From Candidatus Obscuribacterales bacterium (lineage in GTDB: Bacteria > Cyanobacteriota > Vampirovibrionia > Obscuribacterales > Obscuribacteraceae): a stretch of DNA of 64,000 bases. The number at the start of each line of letters is the position of its first letter. The first letter of the stretch is position 1. The position numbers and the translations under genes were made by a program. Positions 49,862 to 57,903 of the stretch are shown here, one piece after another. The notes below the pieces were generated by a model. The model saw nothing but the letters and a program-made list of their open reading frames with translations, did no database searches and was not told where the DNA came from. The stretch covers positions 1,472,001-1,536,000 of the forward strand of contig CBDDIJ010000002.1 in assembly GCA_965228855.1 (NCBI GenBank), read 5' to 3'.

Positions 49862-50218
49862 TTAGTTACCGCCGCTTCTATAAGAGCTTTCCGCATGTTT
49901 CGATGGACTAGCAGAGTTGTTGTACGGTTTTGATAGTAAGAGTAGGACCGAGCGCTATGCGCTTCCGCGCTTCGTGTATAGTTATTCGGTCCGCGCCTTG
50001 TCTCTCTGCTTTACTACACCTAAGTAGTGCATAGCGCGCCACACTACTAACTTTACACAATAAAAGTAAATACGGTGTTAAGCAGATAATATCGAGTGTT
50101 TAAAGCAGATGTTTCCATGTGGCAGAAACAATCGAATTTCAACATATCAAGCGGTTCGAGGCGATCGGATATAGGGATGTTAAACTGTCGTAAAACTTGG
50201 CTGCCAAGGCGTTCATAT

Positions 50219-50605
50219 ATGTCTCGCATACTCAAAGTAATCATGTTGATGGTCATTGTCGGTGCTACCACCGGTGGTTGTGCCATGTCCGAAGAAATTC
50301 GACGAATCGAAGAACAACAGAAGGTGACCCAGCGTCGCGAAAAGCAGATGACGACTGACTTGTCGGGGCCGCAAGTCTTTATTCGCAGCTGCAATTCTTG
50401 TCACCCGGGTGCGAAGGCCGGAATGGGACCTGCCCTGGACAAGCTCGGTGAGCACTTTCCCACAGACGATAAACTGAAAAAGTTTATTCGCCAGGGTGTT
50501 GGAATGATGCCACCACAACCCAAGGAAGCGCTCGATGACGTAGAGCTGGACAGTCTTGTGCAGTATCTGCGCGGTCTGAAGTTTGAGGAAGAAAAGAAAA
50601 AATAG
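50219..50605 (+). CDS. Mono-heme c-type cytochrome, probable lipoprotein
   Basis: Signal ending 'TGGC', heme motif 'CNSCH', axial Met in 'GMMP'. ATG at 50219 chosen. Confidence 0.85.
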   Translation: MSRILKVIMLMVIVGATTGGCAMSEEIRRIEEQQKVTQRREKQMTTDLSGPQVFIRSCNSCHPGAKAGMGPALDKLGEHFPTDDKLKKFIRQGVGMMPPQPKEALDDVELDSLVQYLRGLKFEEEKKK

Positions 50606-50753
50606 TTTCTCGGTGATTTCAAAAACGCATCTTAACGCCTTTTGAAATCGCCTTGAACACTTCTTTTCCACGAATTCTTTCTATCGCACCTTTCAGCAAA
50701 GGAGCCGAAACCATTGGGCGTTCGATCGCCGTGTCTCGATCTGATGCCGTCAA

Positions 50754-51329
50754 TTATGGAGTGAGCAGATAGAAGAACCAGATCACCAGTATGAAGAGGA
50801 TGGTGAACAAGATAATCCAGGAAACCAGCGCCGGACTCTTCACGATAATCGCTTGAATAGGGCAATATCGAAGGAAGGACTTCATTACCTGATCGCGCTC
50901 CGCCAGATAAATCGATAATATCGGCATCGGCCATACTCGCTTCGACTCGGCTTTGGGGCGATATAACACGAGGATCAGCTCCGGGCTGAGATATACTCTG
51001 GACACCTGATCCCAGTTGACGGTTTTTCGCTGAATCCAGTACGGTCCGCGATATTTAATTCCGCGCGCGCTTATCTGCAGGCTTGACGGAGCCGTATATG
51101 GTCGTGCCCCGATCAAGATGGCGACTACGGCTACGGTCACGAAGAAGCCTTCGACGTTGAATAACAGTTTCCAGCTTTTAGTCAGGTAGAGCGGCGTCCA
51201 ACAAAATTTTGCCAGTCCGAGGTAGGCGGAGGCGAGGAGAAGGCAGAAAATCAGCTCGCTCGGTTCTTTGCCCTCGACAAAATTGTCTTGGGCTTCATTT
51301 TCCAGGTCCTGATTGGTGGCATTGGTCAT
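50754..51329 (-). CDS. Hypothetical membrane protein
   Basis: Three hydrophobic segments around a small soluble beta-rich domain. Confidence 0.7.
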   Translation of the reverse strand: MTNATNQDLENEAQDNFVEGKEPSELIFCLLLASAYLGLAKFCWTPLYLTKSWKLLFNVEGFFVTVAVVAILIGARPYTAPSSLQISARGIKYRGPYWIQRKTVNWDQVSRVYLSPELILVLYRPKAESKRVWPMPILSIYLAERDQVMKSFLRYCPIQAIIVKSPALVSWIILFTILFILVIWFFYLLTP

Positions 51330-51409
51330 CGGACGCTTGAGCTAGAAGAAACTACCAACCTCAGAGTAACGGATATTCGGACTGCCTTTCAATGGTATTT
51401 TTGCCATAC

Positions 51410-53071
51410 TCAGTCTAAACCGAATAATTCTTCCCGCGCCCGTTTTCCGCGTGATTTGACGGTTCCGCCGGCATCCGGGTCCATCGACAGGTGGCGCGGG
51501 GTGACGGCTCTGTAAAAGTCGGTATCGAAAGCTCTGGTTCGTACTACAACAGGCATCGGTACGGCATATCCGAGCACGAGCGCCTGTTGTTTCGGGTCAA
51601 GCTGAGCTAAAACCGTTCGCAAGGTTTGACTGCCGCTCACTCCAGTGAAGACCGCATCGATGTCTTTGTCGTCATTCAGCAACGCTGTCACCCTTGTCCC
51701 TATCTGACTGAGCACCTCCGGATCGATGCCACTGGGGCGCTGATCGACGATTAGCAGGGTGACGAAATACTTGCGCATCTCTCTGGCGATAATACCGAAT
51801 ATGGTTTGCTTCGCAACTTGTGGCGAAAGAAATTTATGAGCCTCTTCAATTACTATCATCAGTTTGCGAGGCGCTTCTACGCTTTCCGGATTGGAGATGT
51901 ATTTTTCCGAGCGTCGCACATATTCTGCATGTATTCGACGAGTGATTACATTGGTCGCGAGCATGTAAGAAAGCAAGTTGTTCTGACGCCCGAATTCCAG
52001 CACGATATGCTTGCCCGCCTGGATGTGTGCAATGATCTCAGCCACATAGTCGTGATTGACTCGTGGTTTCAAATACGGTGTCTTTTGAATGATAGTGTTC
52101 AGTCGTCGCTGAAGAGTTTTAAGCGCTGTCGGATGTCCCTTGTACATCTGTGTGAACTCTTCGATTTCCTCGCCGGACATGTCTATCAGTGTGCTTATCC
52201 AGTCCTGTCCCAGCTTCTCTTTCACGATATAGGCGTTTTCCAGCGTCGCCTCAGTGAGGGCGAGTTCCGTTTTCAACAGCTCCAGATCCTCGATTTCGAT
52301 CTGGTTGTAGCCGATGGAGAGTTCGTGTGCATCAGGAAGTCCACGCGTTCTCGACGACTCTGCGTCTAAGCTGAACACCACGACTTTGTGACCGAATAAT
52401 TGTTTTAAACCTTTGACGCGCGGCGCCGATTTGCTTTCCGACATGGCCTGCCAACCGTATTCGTTGTGCATGTCGAAAACAAGCATGGATGCTACGTCGC
52501 GGTGAATTATGCCGCTCAAAAATATGCGTGTGAGAAACGATTTGCCGGTTCCGGATTTGCCAAAAATGCCGTTCGATCGCTCAATGAATCGACCGAGGTC
52601 GACGCATACGGGTGTTTCCATATTGAGCGGTTTTCCGATGTTGAAGTGAAGGTTGTCTGAACTGTTCTCGTCTTCTTCTCCGAAGACAAGCGCAAAGTCT
52701 GAGTTTGTCGCCTCATAGACGGGTGAGAAGTGGTGCGGAATTGTTTTTACCGGCAGAAGTTCGTGCTCGCCGTCGCGCTCCATCATGAGCATGGGCTGAA
52801 CTTTGACTGTTCCGAACGTCGAGCCACCTGATAGAACATCCATGAGGAAATCGTCTTCGGCAGGTGGGTTCAGCAGAATCGATTGATTCGCCGCCGAAAG
52901 TTCGACGTCGGTGAGCATACTGAAGAAGCGCGAGCGTCTGCCCTCCACAACTACAAATCGGCCCACGCGCAAGTCCTCGACCGAGTGATCCGGGTCGAGT
53001 CGCATCTCGAGACCGCCGGACAGCGACCCCTGCGTGATTATTCCAAGATGACCAACGCGAGAGCGAGCCAA
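51410..53071 (-). CDS. HerA-like (DUF87) ATPase with N-terminal HAS-barrel-like region
   Basis: Walker A 'GKSGTGKS', 'FDMHNEYG', Walker B 'IVIEEAHKF', 'AREMRKY' and 'DQRPS'. Confidence 0.88.
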   Translation of the reverse strand: MARSRVGHLGIITQGSLSGGLEMRLDPDHSVEDLRVGRFVVVEGRRSRFFSMLTDVELSAANQSILLNPPAEDDFLMDVLSGGSTFGTVKVQPMLMMERDGEHELLPVKTIPHHFSPVYEATNSDFALVFGEEDENSSDNLHFNIGKPLNMETPVCVDLGRFIERSNGIFGKSGTGKSFLTRIFLSGIIHRDVASMLVFDMHNEYGWQAMSESKSAPRVKGLKQLFGHKVVVFSLDAESSRTRGLPDAHELSIGYNQIEIEDLELLKTELALTEATLENAYIVKEKLGQDWISTLIDMSGEEIEEFTQMYKGHPTALKTLQRRLNTIIQKTPYLKPRVNHDYVAEIIAHIQAGKHIVLEFGRQNNLLSYMLATNVITRRIHAEYVRRSEKYISNPESVEAPRKLMIVIEEAHKFLSPQVAKQTIFGIIAREMRKYFVTLLIVDQRPSGIDPEVLSQIGTRVTALLNDDKDIDAVFTGVSGSQTLRTVLAQLDPKQQALVLGYAVPMPVVVRTRAFDTDFYRAVTPRHLSMDPDAGGTVKSRGKRAREELFGLD

Positions 53072-53215
53072 AGTGTTCCTCTTATATGGATTCTATGAGG
53101 CACCAGATCGGTTCTCGAAGAGCCGACTACTTTAGCTAGTGTACTTAAAGCGCGGCAAATTTGCGAAGGTTTTCGGCGGTCGCAGCTGTTTCCTTCCGGT
53201 TGAACCGTGAGGTGG

Positions 53216-53485
53216 TTAAACGTCAAAGCCGATGGCGCGCGCGAACTGTTTCACCGCCTCATCACGCTGTTCTCCGTCAAAGTTCGATTCGCCGAGGATC
53301 GCCGATTCGTCGTCGCCTTTGTACTCGGTGATTTTGTAGGTCGTGGGGGGTTGCAGACTTCGCTCCAAACGATAAAGATTGCCGTTTGACCCTGTTGCAC
53401 CGACAACACCCCAGACGCCGTCCAGGGATTTGGTTATATCTTGAACTGTGTGCGGCCATTGGGCTCTCTGTTGAAATAGATTCAC
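53216..53485 (-). CDS. Small hypothetical protein
   Basis: 89 aa, GTG start after GGAAGG, globular-looking composition. Confidence 0.65.
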   Translation of the reverse strand: MNLFQQRAQWPHTVQDITKSLDGVWGVVGATGSNGNLYRLERSLQPPTTYKITEYKGDDESAILGESNFDGEQRDEAVKQFARAIGFDV

Positions 53486-53589
53486 TGTTTACCTTCCAGT
53501 TTGTTTCAGTGTTCGGCGAGCGTTGCGGCGTTCAAGAATCCGACCTGCCGCCGCTGGGCATGTCATCAGTTTTACTCAATTAGAAAGAG

Positions 53590-53670
53590 TGTCCGGAGAG
53601 GGACTTGAACCCTCATGGCTAAGCCACACGCCCCTCAAACGTGCGCGTCTACCAGTTCCGCCATCCGGAC
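53590..53670 (-). tRNA. tRNA-Leu(GAG), CCA not encoded
   Basis: GTCCGGA acceptor stem, D-loop GGCGGAACTGGTAGACGC, anticodon arm CACGT-TTGAGGG-GCGTG, variable arm TGGC-TTA-GCCA, T-arm GAGGG-TTCAAGT-CCCTC. Confidence 0.97.
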
Positions 53671-53751
53671 TAGTGTCTAGGGGGCCATTGCCAGTGAGAG
53701 GTCGTGGCAATCGTTTGAGGTGGTTTGGAACACCTCAAAATCTAGACCTTT

Positions 53752-53782
53752 AGTTTAGCAATGAAGGGGCAGTTCGTGTCAA
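53752..53782 (-). promoter_or_regulatory. Sigma70-type promoter for tRNA-Leu
   Basis: TTGACA-19 nt-TAAACT with an extended -10 TG. Confidence 0.55.
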
Positions 53783-54027
53783 TAGAGTGCGCTTGTGTCA
53801 ATTCATGTATCAGCGTTTACAGATAGTGCTATAACTAGAGTATGGCAAATGCCGCTCAACATCACGTTTTAGACAATCCCTGCTGCGGATAATTAAAGTA
53901 CGAAGCAAATAAACACGAGCCGTCCGGGGAATAATTAGCTGTGGCGAGTATTTAGGTTTGTAACGTAAAATGATTTGAAAGTCTGTTGGCAAGCCAGTGC
54001 GATGAGGACATCGGTGTAGTCGGAATC

Positions 54028-54534
54028 ATGATCGAAATGCATGTAGCAGGAATCGCACTGGATGCTCGCAACGGGCATCCAATTGTTGTTCTTAACGACA
54101 GTACCAAGCGACGCGCACTACCTATATGGATTGGGGTTGCAGAGGCGCAAGCAATCGGCAAGGCGCTTGACAATCACAAGCCCGACAAACCGATGTCTCA
54201 CGACTTCTTACTAAATCTGATTACAGCCTTTGGCTACAAAATCGACCGCATTGAGATAAACGAACTCTCGTCTAACACATACTTTGCCACCATACGGCTA
54301 ATAATTGAAGATTCGCGTGTGGACGAGGCAAAGGCTATCGATTCGCGCCCGTCCGATGCGATTGCGCTGGCTCTGCGCGCTAAGGCGCCGATATTTGTTT
54401 CCGCTCAGGTCGTCGCTGACGGCACGATTCCAGCCGATGTCGAGCGCGACGAAGAAGAGACGAAAGAGTTCAAAAAGTTCATTGATAATTTGAAGGCGTC
54501 TGATTTCAAAAAAATGGGCGGCGCCGAGTCTTAG
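54028..54534 (+). CDS. Bifunctional nuclease family protein (DUF151)
   Basis: 'LPIWIGVAEAQAI', 'PMSHD' and 'IDSRPSDAIALALR'. ATG at 54028 chosen. Confidence 0.9.
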   Translation: MIEMHVAGIALDARNGHPIVVLNDSTKRRALPIWIGVAEAQAIGKALDNHKPDKPMSHDFLLNLITAFGYKIDRIEINELSSNTYFATIRLIIEDSRVDEAKAIDSRPSDAIALALRAKAPIFVSAQVVADGTIPADVERDEEETKEFKKFIDNLKASDFKKMGGAES

Positions 54535-54600
54535 CGCCGAGTGTCGATCGCGGAGAGAGGTCAGACGCTAGCTTTTGCTTTGTCTTTGCTTGCCGCACAT

Positions 54601-54969
54601 TCAAGCTTCGGATTTCTTTTTTGCTTTGTCCAACGCCGACTTTAACGCGATCTCCAGTGTCTGGATCTTCGCTTCTAGTTGTTTCTCTTTGTCCGATTGA
54701 ATCTCTTTGGCGAGCTTCTCATCTTGCTTTTGCCAGGTTAGCTGGTTCTGCTCGCTCTTTGCGTCTTTGATTGCTCTGGTGGCGTTGAACGAAGCTGCGG
54801 AGGCCAGACCAAGGGCGAACCCGATGAGCACTAGCGTTCCGACTGTGGTGGAAACAGTCGCGCCGAATAAATTCAGTGCCACCGCCGTACTAATGTTCAT
54901 GAAACCAAGCACGGCTGCAACTATTAGAAGAACAGCAGATATTATGAAAAACAGATTGCGCGGCATCAT
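54601..54969 (-). CDS. Two-TM membrane protein with C-terminal coiled coil (LapA-like topology)
   Basis: Two hydrophobic helices followed by a charged heptad region. Confidence 0.65.
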   Translation of the reverse strand: MMPRNLFFIISAVLLIVAAVLGFMNISTAVALNLFGATVSTTVGTLVLIGFALGLASAASFNATRAIKDAKSEQNQLTWQKQDEKLAKEIQSDKEKQLEAKIQTLEIALKSALDKAKKKSEA

Positions 54970-54975
54970 GTCACC

Positions 54976-55956
54976 TCAGTGTCGAAGCTTCTCCAGCAGT
55001 GCCTGATAGTCTGCCGGAAGCGGTGCTCTGAACTCTAGCGCTTCGCCGGTTTTAGGGTGAGTAAACGAGAGTCTGGCGGCATGAAGTGCATGCCCGTGCA
55101 GTCCCAGTTTCGCCCGCGCTTTTTCAGAGCCGGAAGTTTTGCGATTGTACACGAGATCGCCGACCACGGGAAAGTTCAAACTCGCCATGTGCACGCGGAT
55201 CTGGTGCGTGCGACCGGTTTCGAGTTGACATTCCAGAAGAGTGAAGTTTCGATAACGTTCTACAACTTTGTAATGTGTGACGGCGCGGCGACCGTTCTCA
55301 ACCACCGCCATCTCCTTGCGGCGCACCGGGTGTCTGCCTATTGGTTTGTCGACTGTTCCGCTGTCCGGTCCGACAATGCCGTCCACGAGTGCGAAATAGT
55401 TCCTCTTCACCTCGCGAGATGAAAGACGCCTGGACAGCTCTTTGTGCGTAGAATCTTCTTTTGCGACAACCAGTAAACCAGATGTGTCTTTGTCCAGTCG
55501 GTGAACGATTCCAGGACGCTCGACTCCCGATATGCCGGATAACGAGCCCTTACAGTGGTGCAAAAGTGCGTTGACCAATGTCCCTGAGCGGGTTCCAGCG
55601 CCCGGATGTGTAACCATGCCCGCGGGTTTGTTCACAACCACAAGAAACTGGTCCTCGAATATTATGTCGAGTGGTATCGCCTCTGGTTGCGCATCAAGAG
55701 GTTCCGACGGCGGAATTTTGACGGTGATAGTCTCTCCACCTTTCAGGCGCAGAGAGGATTTGGCAATTTCTCCGTTGACGGAAACCAGTTGGGCATCGAT
55801 TAGTTTTTGAACTTGAGCGCGGCTCAAATCCGGAAGAGTTTTTGAAATGAAATTGTCGAGTCGCGGTTTATCATCGGCTGATGCTTCAGTCGGATCGTAG
55901 ACTAACTCTACTTCTTCGAAAGGCTCAAATGAGTCGAATTCTTCTTGCTCATTCAT
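54976..55956 (-). CDS. rluD: RluA/RluD family 23S rRNA pseudouridine synthase with S4 domain
   Basis: 'RLDNF...SRAQVQKLI', 'NKPAGMVTHP', 'HRLDKDTSG' and 'TGRTHQIRVH'. Confidence 0.92.
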   Translation of the reverse strand: MNEQEEFDSFEPFEEVELVYDPTEASADDKPRLDNFISKTLPDLSRAQVQKLIDAQLVSVNGEIAKSSLRLKGGETITVKIPPSEPLDAQPEAIPLDIIFEDQFLVVVNKPAGMVTHPGAGTRSGTLVNALLHHCKGSLSGISGVERPGIVHRLDKDTSGLLVVAKEDSTHKELSRRLSSREVKRNYFALVDGIVGPDSGTVDKPIGRHPVRRKEMAVVENGRRAVTHYKVVERYRNFTLLECQLETGRTHQIRVHMASLNFPVVGDLVYNRKTSGSEKARAKLGLHGHALHAARLSFTHPKTGEALEFRAPLPADYQALLEKLRH

Positions 55957-55958
55957 AA

Positions 55959-56564
55959 TCAGGCTTTGTCGTTCGGCGCGAGAGCGTCATGCTTCCGCTC
56001 ATCCTCTCGCGGTGTCGCAGGCGATCCGGCAGTTATATCGCTGGAAACTGCTTGCTCTCTGGTTTTCGGTCCTGTTTCTTCCGAAGGGAAGAACCAGATA
56101 GCGATAAAGAGAAACGCGATGCCAACATCGATCAATGCATCCGCGACGTTGAAAACTGGAAACTGCATGAACGCAAACTCCAGGAAATCAGTCACCTTCC
56201 CGTGATTGAAGCGGTCTATCAAATTCCCAACTGCACCACCAAAGATGCAAGCCATGCCAATCTGTTCCACCACCGGTAGTGGCGCGGTTGATGCGATCCG
56301 TTTAACAATCCAACAGCAAATCGCTATTGAGAAAACTGTCGCGACGAGTCCCATAAGTTGGCCATTATCGCTTCCGAGCGAGAAGGCGGCGCCTGGATTG
56401 CTGAGCAGATTTAGACGGAGCAGACCAGGAATGAATTCTTGCGGCTGGCCCATTGTAAGGTTTCTTACGGCCCACTGCTTACTCAACTGATCTGCAGCGA
56501 TACAACAGAAGACCACAAATGCGATCAGGACGCTACGGGCGCCTACCTGCTTAAATCGTGTCAT
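55959..56564 (-). CDS. lspA: Lipoprotein signal peptidase II
   Basis: 'DQLSK', 'NPGAAFS', 'GAVGNLIDR', 'VTDF' and 'FNVAD'. Confidence 0.95.
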   Translation of the reverse strand: MTRFKQVGARSVLIAFVVFCCIAADQLSKQWAVRNLTMGQPQEFIPGLLRLNLLSNPGAAFSLGSDNGQLMGLVATVFSIAICCWIVKRIASTAPLPVVEQIGMACIFGGAVGNLIDRFNHGKVTDFLEFAFMQFPVFNVADALIDVGIAFLFIAIWFFPSEETGPKTREQAVSSDITAGSPATPREDERKHDALAPNDKA

Positions 56565-56598
56565 TCTGCGGCTCCGCGTCGGTACTCTCAGCTCGCCG

Positions 56599-57762
56599 TT
56601 AAGGCTTTACGTCGCCCGAGGGATCGTCTTTCTTCTCTTCTTCTTTTATCTCAGTTGAAGGAATGGGCGATGCGTCTTGCAACTTCTGCGGATCAGGTTT
56701 TGGCGCGTCCGGTGTCAGCTTGATCGGTGAGGTGTCGTCATCATCGACTGTTGCTGTTTGAACGGCTTTGGGCTCTGGCGGCGCCTCTTTGGTTTGAGGA
56801 ACGACGTTCAATCTTCGCGTCAAATACGTCAACCCTTTAAGATTTGAACGCGACTTGTCGGTTATACCGATTGTCGCCATCAGAAGTTCGTTGTGATTCG
56901 ATGTGTTCGCGTGAATAATCCGCTCCAGGGTTTGATTATCAATCGGCCTCCAGAAATCTTTGTGAGGCGGCTGCGGATAGCGGAGCGGCTCGCTCGTGAT
57001 TGAGCCGACAGCGATCAAATCGGAAGGCAAGTCGACTTTTAAACGAGCGGAGTATTCTTGCCCCGATTTCACTTGCTCTGGCGCGATGAAGGAGGTGTCG
57101 AGCTCCTGCGCAAGTCCGAATGCCACGCGAACTTTTTCGTAGTCGATTCGGTCGCCGACGATTTTCCATTCCTTGCCCATCTTTCTCAGATAGAGCTGAC
57201 CTTCAGAGATCGATGAAAGCGAACCCCTGGTGCCGATTCCCGGCATAACTTTGTCCGTATTTCCGACTGCTTTGTCTCGAGACTCCACGGTTGCGAATTT
57301 ACCTTCGACGCGAACTTGTTTCGTCTTCGAAATTGATTTTGCGTCCGGGTAGGTTTTCCAGAAGTCCTTGGTGAGCTCTTTGACGGCGTTTTTGTCTAAA
57401 CCGTCGTTGTTGACGTAGTCATCGTGATAGAAGCCCATAACCGCATCGAGATTGTGAGCGTTCCACTGTGTCTCGATGTCATTGAGGAAGGCTTCTACTT
57501 CCTGGCGTTCTGTCTTGTACTTCTCGTGGTCGGGTTCCAAACCGTCTGATTTTGTTTCTTCCGAAGCGGTCGGTGTAGACCCGGTCGCTGTGGCGGCTGC
57601 TGCGCTTAGAGTCAGCGTTGAGGTCGTGGTGAGCGCCATCAAAAGTGAGAGCGCCAAAAATCCATCAACTTTTGCACGCAATGTTTGCCGCCTGGTGAGC
57701 GCTTTGTACATCACCGATCGCCTCCACGATGTTTCGAAATCGAATAGGTTTGAACCTTTCAA
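56599..57762 (-). CDS. Exported NTF2/SnoaL-like domain protein
   Basis: Signal-like stretch, then 'WNAHNLDAVMGFYHDDYVNNDGL...WKTYPD' and 'WKIV'. Start uncertain. Confidence 0.7.
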   Translation of the reverse strand: MKGSNLFDFETSWRRSVMYKALTRRQTLRAKVDGFLALSLLMALTTTSTLTLSAAAATATGSTPTASEETKSDGLEPDHEKYKTERQEVEAFLNDIETQWNAHNLDAVMGFYHDDYVNNDGLDKNAVKELTKDFWKTYPDAKSISKTKQVRVEGKFATVESRDKAVGNTDKVMPGIGTRGSLSSISEGQLYLRKMGKEWKIVGDRIDYEKVRVAFGLAQELDTSFIAPEQVKSGQEYSARLKVDLPSDLIAVGSITSEPLRYPQPPHKDFWRPIDNQTLERIIHANTSNHNELLMATIGITDKSRSNLKGLTYLTRRLNVVPQTKEAPPEPKAVQTATVDDDDTSPIKLTPDAPKPDPQKLQDASPIPSTEIKEEEKKDDPSGDVKP

Positions 57763-57903
57763 GTTGCCATTATAGCCTCACTGGCGTCTCCAAACCGCGA
57801 TCCGTTAAGAGTTGCTGCCGAAACTGTCGCATCTATTCGCACTTGACTAGGGGCGGGTGGCTTAGAAAATGCGGGCGGTGTCCAACTCACGACTCGAATA
57901 AAA

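Noticed and set aside
51410..53071. HerA-based anti-phage system
   Set aside because: No adjacent SIR2, NurA or nuclease gene; the context is housekeeping.
53590..53670. tRNA-targeted genomic island
   Set aside because: No integrase nearby, and I noticed no duplicated tRNA 3' end in the window.
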